This document shows positions 19,970-31,200 of a stretch of DNA of 61,138 nt, one piece after another (position 1 is the stretch's first letter; each line of letters starts with the position of its first letter). A program made the position numbers and the translations under genes. The notes under the pieces are model-generated. The model was not told the DNA's origin. It was given only the letters and a program-made list of their open reading frames with translations, and searched no databases. The stretch is from an uncultured Verrucomicrobiales bacterium (GTDB taxonomy: Bacteria; Verrucomicrobiota; Verrucomicrobiia; Verrucomicrobiales; DEV007): positions 1 to 61,138 of the forward strand of contig CALKOM010000095.1 in the NCBI GenBank assembly GCA_938091905.1, given 5' to 3'.

Positions 19970-22900
19970 TTACGTTGCCGGTTTCTGGCGGTTGAACGGC
20001 TTGGCGTACCAGCTGGCAAAGCGACTCACAAGATGACGCAGATCATCTGCCACCATGAGCACACACGGAATGAGTAGTAGTGTGATCGCCGTGGCAAAGA
20101 GCACTCCAAACGCTAACGAAACGGCCATCGGGATGAGGAACTGCGCTTGTAGTGAGCGATCGGACATCAAGGGAAGCAGTCCGAGGAATGTGGTGGCTGA
20201 CGTTAGGAAAATGGGGCGGAAACGACGACACCCTGATAGTTCAACCGCCTTTCGTAAGGACGTGCCTTCGCGCACTCGCCTATTGATATCGTCCACCATA
20301 ACGAGGGAGTCATTCACAACCACGCCTGCCATGGCGAGCATCCCAAACAAGGAAAGATCGGACGGTGTAATCCCTAACAAGATGTGACCCAGCAAAGCAC
20401 CAATAGCACCAAATGGCACGACAATAAGAATGTAGAACGGTTGCAAGACCGACTTGAACGGAATGGCGAGCAAGGCATAGAGGGCGAACATCATGGCGAT
20501 GAAACCGATGATGAGTCGTTTCTTGGTCTCTTCGGCCTCAGCAACGGCACCCGTGAAAACGAAAGTTTGATCTTCATGATTCTTGAGCAAATCACGTATG
20601 GCCGGCGTCACCGATTTGGCTATCCGCACCAAATCCACTCCTTTGTTCTTTGGCTCAGCCCCGATGCGAATCGCCTCGGCTTTGTTGTTACGTTCAATGA
20701 ACGTGGGGGACTTGACGAAAGCCACATTCGCTACAGTAAACAACGGAACTTCAGCTCCGGCTGGAGTACGCACACGTAAAGCCTGCAGCGTGCTTAAAGA
20801 CTCTCGCTGCTCTTTAGGGAGCCTTACCATGATGCGGTATTCGTCGCGCCCGCGAAGGATCCTCTGGGCTTCCTCGCCGTAAAACGCTTGGCGGACCTGA
20901 TTCGCTAACACTTGCTGCGTGACGCCCAATTCGGCAGCGCGAGGTTTCAATGTAAGTTCTAGCTCGTTCTGCTGGGAGCGAACGTGAGCCCAAGCATTCT
21001 CGATGCCATCATAGCCACGAATCTTATCGGCAATCTCCCGAGCCAGTTGTTGCTTGGTTTCTGAATCGGGCCCGCGCAGCTCAAGTTCCAAAGGGTCCTT
21101 TTCCCGCTCTTCGCTGCCTTCCGTCTTCTGGGAACGCATGCGCAACGTCGCACTCGCTGGCAAATCGCCGATCAATTCGCGCCAGCGCGCCATGATCGTG
21201 TCGTTGTTAGGTCCAGGCTCGGACCGCAGACTAAAGGGCATTAAGCCCAAGAACATAACCCCATCTGATTTGCTATAGGGCCGACCAGGATAAGTCGTGC
21301 CAATCAGCCGCCAATGATTGCCAACGATGGATTCCTCCGATCCTGAATCAATAAAATCCTCCCGCATGGCGTCTGCAGCATCTGCGAGGCGATCCATGTA
21401 TTTACGCGTCGTCTCAAAAGAAGCGTGCTCCGGCAAGTCTAACATGGCAACCACCTCGGTGCGTTCCACCGACGGGATCGGCACATAGCCTAGCCTCCCA
21501 CTAGCAAAGTAGCCAAGCATGGCGAGCGCCATGGAAACAAACAGAGCGAGCGCCGAGTACCGGTGCTTCACTGTCATGACCAAGACTGGGCGATAGAGTT
21601 CCTGAATGAAATAATCCAATCCCGAAGCGACTTTCCGTCGCACAGTCGTGAAGGCACCAGGTCGGGCTTGACCCACCCGCAGAAACTTTAAGTGCGACGG
21701 CAAGACAAGTTTGGATTCGACCAGAGAGAAAAGCAGCACGGGTGCCACAACAAAGGGAATCTGTTTGGCAAAGTCCCCGGTCACTCCCTCAAAGTATAGC
21801 AAAGGCACGAAAGCGACAATCGTGGTGAGAATGCCGAAAGTGACGGGCACGGTGACCGCCTTGGTTCCTTCGATGGCGGCCTCCAGCGGCGGCGTCCCGC
21901 CCTGAAGTCGAGCGTAGACGCTTTCCCCAGTCACGATGGCGTCATCCACGACCACACCCACGACAATGATGAAGCCAAACAAGCTCATCATGTTTGCCGA
22001 CATTCCAAACAAATGCATGACGATGACCCCACCTGCGAAACTAACGGGAATCCCCACGACGACCCAGAACGCTAGCTGAGGCCGGAGAAAGAGGCCGAGC
22101 ACGATCATGACCAGTAGTCCTCCCTGGAAGAGTGAACCGGTCATGGTTTCCAGCCTGGCTTGCAATTCGACAGCCCGATCCGCATGAGTGCCTAGCACCA
22201 CACCTTCGGGGAAACGCTCTTTTGAGTTCGCTACATACTCACGGACTTTCCGAGCTACTTCGAGGGCACTTTCGTTACCAGTACGCGCAACGTCAATACG
22301 AATGGCCGGACGGCGATTGAATTCCGATGCCACCTTCTCATCTTCCTGGTTTTCGGTGATCTCGGCGACCTCGCCCAAGGTCAACTCGGCACCACTGGAG
22401 GATCGGATGGGAATCGCAGCAAAGTCTTCCCGCGAATACGCCTGACCTTTCGTACGTACAACAAGGTTTCCGCTAGGACTTCGAATGGACCCGGCTGGCA
22501 AATCGACAGAGAACTGCCGGATGGCGTTGGCGACGATGCCGAAACTCAGATTGTAAGACGCCATCTTGGTCGAGTTGAGTTCGATTGAGAGTTCACGTTG
22601 CTTGGGAAGAAAAGCATTCACGCGACTGATACCGTCGATCGCTAACAAATCGTCGCGCACACGTACACCCACCGCCTGCAACTCGTCCTCAGGAAGATCT
22701 CCCGTCACTACGACCCAAATGACCGAGCGGCGATCCGCTGCACTCGGAATCCGCACATGAAACGGTTCATTCTGTGCAGGCAAGGTCGTAATGGTCTGCA
22801 ACAGCGATTCAATGTCATCCTTAAGAATGCGCAGGTCTTTGCCAGGCTCCGCTTCCACATAGATACGTGCATGGCCCGGGTGAGCATCGGTGTTCAGCTG

Positions 22901-23131
22901 CTTCACACCATCAAGCGATTCCAAGGCATTCTCTACTGGAACAAGAATCTCTTTCTGCACATCCCGTGGAGTCGCTCCCGGGTAAGACTTATTAATGAAG
23001 ACAACCCCGTAGTCGCGGTTGGGCTCCATCTCCAGCGTGATGCGAAAGAAGGCCACATAAAGACCTCCTAACAGAATGGCGAGCATGAGCAAATTCGCCG
23101 CAATGCTATTCTTGGCAAACCAAGCGATCAC
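19970..23131 (-). CDS. RND efflux permease (AcrB/AcrD/AcrF family)
   Basis: IAWFAKNSIAANLLM, GVVVDDAIV, RFRPIFLTS; 1053 aa. Confidence 0.95.
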   Translation of the reverse strand: MIAWFAKNSIAANLLMLAILLGGLYVAFFRITLEMEPNRDYGVVFINKSYPGATPRDVQKEILVPVENALESLDGVKQLNTDAHPGHARIYVEAEPGKDLRILKDDIESLLQTITTLPAQNEPFHVRIPSAADRRSVIWVVVTGDLPEDELQAVGVRVRDDLLAIDGISRVNAFLPKQRELSIELNSTKMASYNLSFGIVANAIRQFSVDLPAGSIRSPSGNLVVRTKGQAYSREDFAAIPIRSSSGAELTLGEVAEITENQEDEKVASEFNRRPAIRIDVARTGNESALEVARKVREYVANSKERFPEGVVLGTHADRAVELQARLETMTGSLFQGGLLVMIVLGLFLRPQLAFWVVVGIPVSFAGGVIVMHLFGMSANMMSLFGFIIVVGVVVDDAIVTGESVYARLQGGTPPLEAAIEGTKAVTVPVTFGILTTIVAFVPLLYFEGVTGDFAKQIPFVVAPVLLFSLVESKLVLPSHLKFLRVGQARPGAFTTVRRKVASGLDYFIQELYRPVLVMTVKHRYSALALFVSMALAMLGYFASGRLGYVPIPSVERTEVVAMLDLPEHASFETTRKYMDRLADAADAMREDFIDSGSEESIVGNHWRLIGTTYPGRPYSKSDGVMFLGLMPFSLRSEPGPNNDTIMARWRELIGDLPASATLRMRSQKTEGSEEREKDPLELELRGPDSETKQQLAREIADKIRGYDGIENAWAHVRSQQNELELTLKPRAAELGVTQQVLANQVRQAFYGEEAQRILRGRDEYRIMVRLPKEQRESLSTLQALRVRTPAGAEVPLFTVANVAFVKSPTFIERNNKAEAIRIGAEPKNKGVDLVRIAKSVTPAIRDLLKNHEDQTFVFTGAVAEAEETKKRLIIGFIAMMFALYALLAIPFKSVLQPFYILIVVPFGAIGALLGHILLGITPSDLSLFGMLAMAGVVVNDSLVMVDDINRRVREGTSLRKAVELSGCRRFRPIFLTSATTFLGLLPLMSDRSLQAQFLIPMAVSLAFGVLFATAITLLLIPCVLMVADDLRHLVSRFASWYAKPFNRQKPAT

Positions 23132-24405
23132 TTATTATCTACTCCCTCCTTCGCGCCACTTGGATCCAAGTCCTCTTCCAGCGCTTCGTCATCCACAATC
23201 TCGACCTTTCCACCGTCGGGCGCATAGACCAAACGGTCCAAGACCAAGAAGGTGCCGTCTTCAATCTCGGCATCACGAAACACGACAGATTCATCATCCG
23301 CCCACAGCTGCGCTATCTTCGCACTCTCTAAAACAAGCGTCTCCGGATCCACGAGCCGAATGCGATTCAGACCCGAAATGGCTTCGCGCGAAATCACAAA
23401 GACGCCTTCGAGCTTTCTCCCAGGAATCTCTGAGGTCACAGGCTGCCCAAGACGCAAGGGCACTTTGTCAGACTTCAGGCCGAATGGATCTTGAACACGA
23501 GCCACGGCAAAGAGCTCGAGCGTACTGGCATCCAGAGCACCTTCGGTTCGTAGAATCTGGGCATTCCACTTCACCTCTGAAGCTTCGGAGAGGCCATCCC
23601 TGAGAACAATATCGACAGGCGCATCAGAAACGTCTTCTGGCAAGAACACGTCGGTCAAGAACTGGGTCGAGACGGGCAAACGCGTCTCGCTGTAATCCGT
23701 GGCAAAGATCGTGCCTAACGACGTGCCGGCGCCGACCGTTTGACCGATACCGGCAACTCGAGTCAGCACGCGACCGTCGAAAGGTGCCCTGACTTTGGTT
23801 CGCTCTAAATTACGCTGAGCACTGAGGAGTTGTTCGTTCGCACGTTTGAGCTGACTCTCTGCCAACTTCACATGCGGTATCCGCACCACGAGATCACTAG
23901 GCTCATCTTCGTAGCCCAAGTCGGCCCAATTGAGCCGCGCTTGTTTGGCGCGAGCCCGCTCTTGTTCCAGATTAAACTGAGCGAGTGCCAACTGCGCTTT
24001 GGCATTGGCCAGCGCTTCTTCAAAATCAATCGCGTTTAATTCTAACAAGACGTCTCCTTCATTAAAGAACGCGCCCACCTCGAACCCTGGAGAGATAGTT
24101 TCCACCCGACCGGCAACCTGAGTAGTCAGGACGGCCTGGTTGTGGGCCTGCATCACGCCGTGGGTCGGCAGGCTAATCTGATAGTCTAGCTGTCTGAGCT
24201 CAGCGACCCGCACTTCCAACGGCTTGGGTTTCGCCCGTGGTTCTGCGATCTGAGGCGGCTCCTTGGAAAACCACACGTAGCTGACACCGCCCGCTGCGAG
24301 GAGAACAAGAGGGAGCAAGATACGAACAGCCAAACCAGATCTCGAGCCAGAAGGGGCGTCCTCTCGATCGGCCTGTTCAACTTGATCTTCAGTGGGTTGG
24401 TTCAT
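23128..24405 (-). CDS. RND periplasmic adaptor (MFP)
   Basis: TM anchor, QVAGRV, coiled coil, RAPFDG. Confidence 0.93.
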   Translation of the reverse strand: MNQPTEDQVEQADREDAPSGSRSGLAVRILLPLVLLAAGGVSYVWFSKEPPQIAEPRAKPKPLEVRVAELRQLDYQISLPTHGVMQAHNQAVLTTQVAGRVETISPGFEVGAFFNEGDVLLELNAIDFEEALANAKAQLALAQFNLEQERARAKQARLNWADLGYEDEPSDLVVRIPHVKLAESQLKRANEQLLSAQRNLERTKVRAPFDGRVLTRVAGIGQTVGAGTSLGTIFATDYSETRLPVSTQFLTDVFLPEDVSDAPVDIVLRDGLSEASEVKWNAQILRTEGALDASTLELFAVARVQDPFGLKSDKVPLRLGQPVTSEIPGRKLEGVFVISREAISGLNRIRLVDPETLVLESAKIAQLWADDESVVFRDAEIEDGTFLVLDRLVYAPDGGKVEIVDDEALEEDLDPSGAKEGVDNK

Positions 24406-24706
24406 TCGTGGTGTTCTCTGGCCAAATTCGTCTGCTCTCATCGCGACTACTTCCGCATTCCTTTCGACCTGCCGAAGATTGTCTTGTCTTTATGGCAAAG
24501 AAATCTTGCAGAAGAGGAGACAAAACGAAAGCGCCCTTTCTTCCTGGTGATTGCAGTGAAGATTGGCCTAGTGTCAAACACCGCTTCAATGTGCACACCA
24601 AAGGCGGCGTGACCAGGGGCGTTCGCAGCAAGCAGGAACAGCAGACCGCTAATCACACTTTCAACAAAGTCGAATCACAATCCTAACTTTAAGACTCCCA
24701 GATCAC

Positions 24707-25621
24707 ATGAACTCAGCCCAAGAAGCCTCACCCCCCCCCACGGATCTGCCTCCCATTCCTCAAGAAGCCTTCGATTGGTATGACGAGTACGCACACGGGG
24801 TAATCGATCGCCGGACCTTCATGTCGCGATTGTCTAGCGTAGCCACGGCAAGCCTGACTATGGGGGTGCTCCTCTCGGCGTTGATGCCTGATTATGCACA
24901 AGCCGAGCAGGTATCGTTCAATGATTCCGATATCAAGGCGACCTATGAGACGTTTCCCTCACCCAAAGGCCACGAAGAGGGCCGGGGTTATTTGGTCAAG
25001 CCCAGCAAACTAGACGGAAAGGCTCCGGTAGTTTTGGTCATTCACGAGAATCGCGGACTGAACCCTTATGTCAAGGATGTCGCTAGAAGGGTAGCGAAGG
25101 CGGGCTTCATCGCTTTCGCGCCAGACGCTCTCCACCCATCAGGCGGGTATCCTGGCAATGATGATGAAGGGCGGTCCATGCAACGTAGCCTGGATCGCGC
25201 CAAGATTGAGGCGGACTTTATCGCTGCGGCGACGTTCCTCAAAACACACGAGCAGAGTTCTGGCAAACTCGGCGCTGTGGGATTCTGTTTCGGTGGTTAT
25301 GTGGTTAACATGTTAGCTGCGGCCATCCCAGATACCTTGAATGCAGGCGTTCCTTTCTACGGCACGCCTGCGGCCAAAGAAATTCGCAAGAACATCAAAG
25401 CGCCCATGCTCGTTCAACTCGCCGAACTCGACAAGCGCGTGAATGGCAGTTGGCCTGAATACGAAGAAGACCTTAAAGCAGCCAAGGTTGATTATACGAT
25501 GCACATGTATGAGAAGGCAAATCATGGCTTTCACAACGATTCAACTGGTCGCTATGATGAGAAGGTGGCCGAGCTTGCCTGGGAACGCACGGTGGCGTTC
25601 TTCAAGAAGCACTTGTCTTAG
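24707..25621 (+). CDS. Dienelactone hydrolase family protein (YghX-like)
   Basis: N-terminal FDWYDEYAHG.IDRRTF; motifs HENRGLN, GFCFGG and HGFHND. Confidence 0.9.
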   Translation: MNSAQEASPPPTDLPPIPQEAFDWYDEYAHGVIDRRTFMSRLSSVATASLTMGVLLSALMPDYAQAEQVSFNDSDIKATYETFPSPKGHEEGRGYLVKPSKLDGKAPVVLVIHENRGLNPYVKDVARRVAKAGFIAFAPDALHPSGGYPGNDDEGRSMQRSLDRAKIEADFIAAATFLKTHEQSSGKLGAVGFCFGGYVVNMLAAAIPDTLNAGVPFYGTPAAKEIRKNIKAPMLVQLAELDKRVNGSWPEYEEDLKAAKVDYTMHMYEKANHGFHNDSTGRYDEKVAELAWERTVAFFKKHLS

Positions 25622-25632
25622 GTCGTCAGATC

Positions 25633-27039
25633 GTGTGGCTTGCTGATGTGGCAAACACCTGCCGGCTCGTTTTCCTAGCCATCGCTACGCTAGTCGTATG
25701 CTCGTGTGTTGGTGGCTCGCGCGGTGTCGTGACGGCGTTGGTGGAAGCCAAACCTTCCTATCGTGAAGCGGGCTCTTCGTTGCGCCTAAAGCAATCAGGA
25801 AGCCCTTGGTGGGAGACCTTTGATGATCGAACGCTCACCAAATTGATCCCACAGGCGCTGGGAAACAACCTGGAGATTCAGGCGGTCGCCGCCCGCATTT
25901 CGCAAGCAGACGCGACCTTGCGCCAAGCTGGCGGCAGGCTCTTCCCACAGATCGATGAGGAGGGGTCGTATGGCGTTCGGTGGACAGATGACGATGATGG
26001 TTCTGGGGATGAACGGGCGATATCAACAAACTTAAGCTCTCTGTTAGATTGGGAAGTGGATCTCTGGGGTCGGCTGCGATCTGCTCGCGAGGCGCGTCAA
26101 CTTGAGCGGGACGCCACGATCTCGGATTGGTTAGGCGCGCGGCTCTTGCTTTCAGTAGCGGTCGCGGAGGCTTACTTCGAGATTCTTGAGCAGAAACGCC
26201 AATTGCTTCTGTTAGACGACCAGATCGAGAATAGCCAAACGCTGCTCGATCTGACGGAATTGCGTTTCGGACAGGCCCAGTCTTCTGTGGTCGATGTGCT
26301 GCAACAGCGGGAGCAACTTGCCGCAATCAAGACCCGCGTGCCTGCGGTCGAAGCCCGACTGGAGCAGCTCACCTACGCATTAGAGGTCTTGCTAGGCCTT
26401 CCTCCTGGAACCGGCCCTTCGCTTGCAGGCGAAGAATCAAGATTGCCACCATCATCGTTGCGCACCGTGGGGGTGCCCTCAGATCTTCTTCAGAACCGTC
26501 CAGATCTTGTCGCGTCGGCGCAGCGGGTTGCGGCTATTGATCATGAAGTCGCCGAAGCCATCGCCGATCGTTTGCCAAGGCTCACTCTCGGCGGCTCCGG
26601 TTCAGGATCAGGAGGCCCGGGCATCGATACCTTGATCACCAATGCCGTCGCTTCGGCAACCACACCGATCTTCGATGCGGGTATTCGCAAAGCGGAAGTC
26701 AGTCGCCGTCAGGCAGCACTCAATGAAGCGCTGGCCTCATACTCCCACGATTACCTGACCGCGGTCCGCGATGTTGAGACGGCGTTGGTGTTGGAGCGGA
26801 AGCAAGTGGAACGTATGAATCTCCTCAACCAAGAACTCGACACGGCAAAGAAGCTACTGCGCGAGTCGCATCACCGCTGGGGCCAGGGGCTCACGGACTA
26901 TTTGCCGGTCCTCACTGCGGTGGTTACGGTGCAACGATTGGAACGAGAAATCATCACTAGCCACCGGGAAATTGTCAGCGCTCGCGTCACCCTTCATCGC
27001 GCGATCGGTGGGCCCATGGATGCGGAACTCAAACGCTAG
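25633..27039 (+). CDS. Outer-membrane efflux factor (NodT/TolC family lipoprotein)
   Basis: Cys-containing leader; WWETFDD..L, WEVDLWG, PSDLLQNRPD and RDVETAL. Exact start uncertain. Confidence 0.9.
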   Translation: MWLADVANTCRLVFLAIATLVVCSCVGGSRGVVTALVEAKPSYREAGSSLRLKQSGSPWWETFDDRTLTKLIPQALGNNLEIQAVAARISQADATLRQAGGRLFPQIDEEGSYGVRWTDDDDGSGDERAISTNLSSLLDWEVDLWGRLRSAREARQLERDATISDWLGARLLLSVAVAEAYFEILEQKRQLLLLDDQIENSQTLLDLTELRFGQAQSSVVDVLQQREQLAAIKTRVPAVEARLEQLTYALEVLLGLPPGTGPSLAGEESRLPPSSLRTVGVPSDLLQNRPDLVASAQRVAAIDHEVAEAIADRLPRLTLGGSGSGSGGPGIDTLITNAVASATTPIFDAGIRKAEVSRRQAALNEALASYSHDYLTAVRDVETALVLERKQVERMNLLNQELDTAKKLLRESHHRWGQGLTDYLPVLTAVVTVQRLEREIITSHREIVSARVTLHRAIGGPMDAELKR

Positions 27040-27045
27040 ACGCCC

Positions 27046-28248
27046 TTGACCAAGCCACAGAGATCCCACCGTAGCATTCTAGTTATCTTGGTTGTCCTGG
27101 CCATAGGAGCAGGCATTACGGCTTACTTCATGATGACCGCACCGACGACAGAGCCGGTGGACAAGCCAAAGGCAGTGACGATCGTGCAGACGATCGATGC
27201 GGTGGGTTCCAATGAGTCCGTTCATGTTCAGGCCGATGGCATTGTCATTCCGACGCGAGAGGTGACAATCAAACCCGAAGTGCGCGGGCGTGTCCTCCAG
27301 CATCACGAAGCTCTTGTCACAGGTGGTCACATTGCAGCTGGAGACGAACTTGTACGGATCGACCACGCCGACTATGACTTGGCTCTCAAGGAACACCGAG
27401 CGGCACTCGAAGAGGCAGAGTTTGCCATCGCCATCGAAGAAGGCAGGCAGGTCGTGGCAAAGCGTGAGTTTGGTCTGTTAGAAAAGGATCTTGAAGCCAG
27501 TTCGGTGAATCAGGCCTTGGTGCTTCGCCAGCCTCATCTGGAACGCGCCCAAGCGCTGCTCGCTATGGCTGAAAATGAAATTGCGAAGGCAGAACTCGCC
27601 CTGACTCGGACAACTATCAATGCCCCTTTTAATGCGGTCGTCATCGAAGAATCCGTTGAAATGGGGCAACTCGTGGATTCCGGAGATGCCATTTGCAAGC
27701 TCGCCGGGACGGACGCGTTCTGGGTGCACGTCACCATTCCATTTGAAGACTTAAGATGGATCCGTGCGTCCACCAACGGGAAGCCCGGATCTTCAGCTAC
27801 GGTCTTTCTTGATAAAGGCGATCGCTTTCACGCCGAGTGGGTAGGCATTGTCGAAAGGATTCTTCCAGAACTGAATCCAGAAACCAGGATGGCTCGTGTG
27901 CTCATTCGCGTAGATGACCCATTCGGCCACCAAGCAACTAACGGTGACTCAGAACACTTTCCACTTCTCCTCGGAAACTATGTGAGTGCGAATATTGATG
28001 CCGGTGTGCTCAACGATGTCATCACCATCCCAAGGGAAGCCTTGCACGATGGGCAACTCTGGCTTGTTGATTCGGCCAATGAGCTTCAGATTCGGCCAAC
28101 CACGGTCATGTGGAAGAGCGAGAAGACTTTGTTTGTGAAAAATGTCTTGCAGGAAGGTGAGAAGGTGATTGTTAGCGCTCTTCGAGCCGCGCTTCCCGGG
28201 ATGAAAGTCTCCCCCCAATCCTTGCCAGCTCCAGACAAGAAGCCGTGA
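27046..28248 (+). CDS. RND periplasmic adaptor (MFP)
   Basis: TM anchor, PEVRGRV, APFNA, IPREAL. Confidence 0.93.
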   Translation: MTKPQRSHRSILVILVVLAIGAGITAYFMMTAPTTEPVDKPKAVTIVQTIDAVGSNESVHVQADGIVIPTREVTIKPEVRGRVLQHHEALVTGGHIAAGDELVRIDHADYDLALKEHRAALEEAEFAIAIEEGRQVVAKREFGLLEKDLEASSVNQALVLRQPHLERAQALLAMAENEIAKAELALTRTTINAPFNAVVIEESVEMGQLVDSGDAICKLAGTDAFWVHVTIPFEDLRWIRASTNGKPGSSATVFLDKGDRFHAEWVGIVERILPELNPETRMARVLIRVDDPFGHQATNGDSEHFPLLLGNYVSANIDAGVLNDVITIPREALHDGQLWLVDSANELQIRPTTVMWKSEKTLFVKNVLQEGEKVIVSALRAALPGMKVSPQSLPAPDKKP

Positions 28249-31200
28249 CGGATTCATCGACAACGCATCGCGGCATTCTGGCGTGGTTCGCCCGCAATCA
28301 CGTCGCCGCGAACTTGCTCATGATTGCGGTCGTGTCCGTCGGTATCGTCGCCGCTACCAAGATCAAACAGGAAGTCTACCCGACGTTCGCCATCGATACT
28401 GTATCGATTCGAATGCAGTATCGCGGTGCCAGTCCGGAGGAAGTCGAGCGGTCGATCTTGCTTCCTATCGAGGCAGAGCTGCGCGGCATGGAGTTGGTTA
28501 GGCGCACGGTCGCCACCGCTCGCGACAGCAGTGCGAGCGTGATGGTGGAAGTGAATCCTGGATTCGATCGTAATCGAGCTCTTCAAGAGATCACCGCTGC
28601 CGTGCAGCGCGTTAGTCTCTTCCCGGACGATGCCGAGCCACCAACTATTGCTCTTGGCTCAGGTCGCCGCCGCGGGGTCATGAGCATTTCCATTTATGGT
28701 AATCTCGACGAACGCACGCTCGTCAATTTCGCTCGTCAGTTGCAGGATGGCCTGCTTGCCGAACCTGACATTGCCCTCGTCGAGGTTTCTGGGATGCGTG
28801 AACCCGAAATTCACATCGAGATAGCTCAAGAGAAGCTGCGTGCCTTGGGGCTCACTTTGAGTGATGTGGCCAGGACGATCGACAGCTCCGCTCTGGATGT
28901 ACCAGCGGGCACGCTGAAAACATCAGGAGGCGACATCCTCTTGCGAACAACTGAACGAAAAGACTTTGCCAGTGAATTTGCTGAAATTGAAGTCATCAGC
29001 ACGGCTGATGGCTCCAGCGTGCGTTTATCAGAGATCGCCGAAGTTCGCGACGACTTTGAAGAGTCTGAGCGTGAAGCCTATTTCAATGGACAGCGAGCTG
29101 TCTTCCTTTCTGTCTACAGCTCGGAGGAACAGCCCCCCCTGAAGGTGGCGAAAGCCGTTCGCCGATTCATTGAGAAGCAACAGCCTAACCTACCGCCGTC
29201 AGTCGGCGTCACCCTGACAAGAGACCGTTCTGACGACTACAAGGAGCGGATTCGCTTGCTCTTTCAGAATGGCATCATCGGGCTAATCCTTGTCTTAATC
29301 GCTTTGGGATTTCTCCTGGAGCTTCGTGTCGCTTTCTGGACCGCCATTGGAATTCCCGTTTCGATCATCGGTTCTTTGGTCCTCCTCCCCGTGCTCGATG
29401 CCACGATCAACATGATCTCGCTCTTCGGGTTCATCATCACCCTCGGCATTGTTGTGGATGATGCCGTGGTCGTGGGGGAAGACATCTTTCACAAGATCAG
29501 CCAGGGCATGCCGAGGTTGGATGCCGCCGTGGAAGGCGTAAGACAAATGTCCGTGCCGGTGGTCTTTGCGGTGTCGACCAATATCATCGCCTTCCTGCCC
29601 TTGCTATACGTCACTGGCGAAGCTGGCCTGTTTTTTAAAGTGTTGCCCGCCGTCGTCATCGCCGTCTTTACCGTTTCGTTAGTAGAGTGCCTTTTTATTC
29701 TTCCCGCGCACCTCAGTGGCTCTCGTAAGACAGGTGATGCCACCAAAACTTCTTGGTTCGGAGCTTTTGATCGAAAGCAGGAAGCTTTCCGCAACCGATT
29801 GGATGCAGCCATGGAGCGGAGCTACACGCCTATTCTAGCCGCCGTCATGAGAAATCGCGCGGTGACCATTAGTATCTTCGTCGCGGCGCTGGCAGTTGTC
29901 TTTGGTTACGTGGGAAGTGGGAGAATCAACTTTGCCTTTCGGCCAACCATCGAAACCAACTTCGTGCAAGGCGAGATCGAAATGCCGTCGGGCACACCCA
30001 TTGCCCGCTCCCGCGAAGTCGCGATGCAAATCGAGGCTGCGGCCAGACGCGCTGTCGATCGCACGGGCGAGGAAGGGATTCTCGTAGGGATCTTTAACGA
30101 AATCGCTGAGAGGTCTAGCAATGAAGCCGAAGTCTCCGTGACCCTGGTTCCCCAAAGTCAGCGTAAGGTGACGAGTGCGGAGTTTGCCGGAATCTGGCGC
30201 GAAGAAATCGGGGTGATCCCTGACCTTGAATCCCTTTTCTTTGACTACATCTTCGGCCCAGGTGGTTCGGCGGAGATCGATATTCAACTCGCTCATCCCG
30301 AGGTTGAAACCCTAAGAGCTGCCGCCACCGAAGTCGCAGACGCCGTAGCTCTCTATCCGGGCGTGAAAGACGTTCGTAAGGGATTTGGTCGCGAAATGCC
30401 GCAATTCAACTTTGAGATCAAGTCAGCCGGAAGAAGCATGGGGATCACGGCAAGCGATCTCGGTCGCCAGATTCGCCATTCTTTCTACGGCGCTGAGGCC
30501 CTGAGACAACCCCGTGGCCACGACGAACTACGCGTCATGGTGAAGCTTCCAAAGGATGCAAGGCGCTCACTGGCGGGACTCGAAGACCTGCTCATCCGGG
30601 CGCCAGGAGGAGGTGAAATTCCGTTAGGCCAAGCCGCCACGGTCATTTCAACAACCGCTCCTGTCAGAATTGAACGGGTCGATGGTGCGCGAGTCATCAA
30701 TGTGACCGGCAACGTCATCCGAGGGACGACGACCGGCAACAAAGTGCTGGGAGCCTTTTCCAAGAACAATCTGCCTGATATTTTGGCAAAATACCCTGGT
30801 CTTCGCTACACTTATGAAGGTGAGCAACGAGAGCAACGGGAGGCGATGGATACCTTGCTGTGGGGACTGGTCGCCTCCGTGTTTGTGATTTATGCGCTGA
30901 TGGCGTCGCTGCTCCGAAGTTACATGCAGGCCTTCGTCGTTTTCCTAACGATTCCATGGAGCCTGGCCGGTGCGATCATTGGCCACGTGCTTCTTGGGTT
31001 TGAACTGAGTGTCTTTAGCGTGTTCGGCATGATCGCACTCTGCGGTATGGTGGTGAATGGAGCGTTCGTTCTGGCCGTGACCCGAAACCGCTATCTAGCG
31101 GAAGGCCGCGATCCATCCCAGGTGACGAAGCTCGCTGCTCAACGTCGCTTTCGACCGATTCTCCTCACCTCGCTCACAACCTTTCTCGGACTTGGCCCCA

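Noticed and set aside
24382..24686. Short ORFs between the divergent RND modules
   Set aside because: They overlap one another, have no recognisable motifs, and lie in a probable promoter region.
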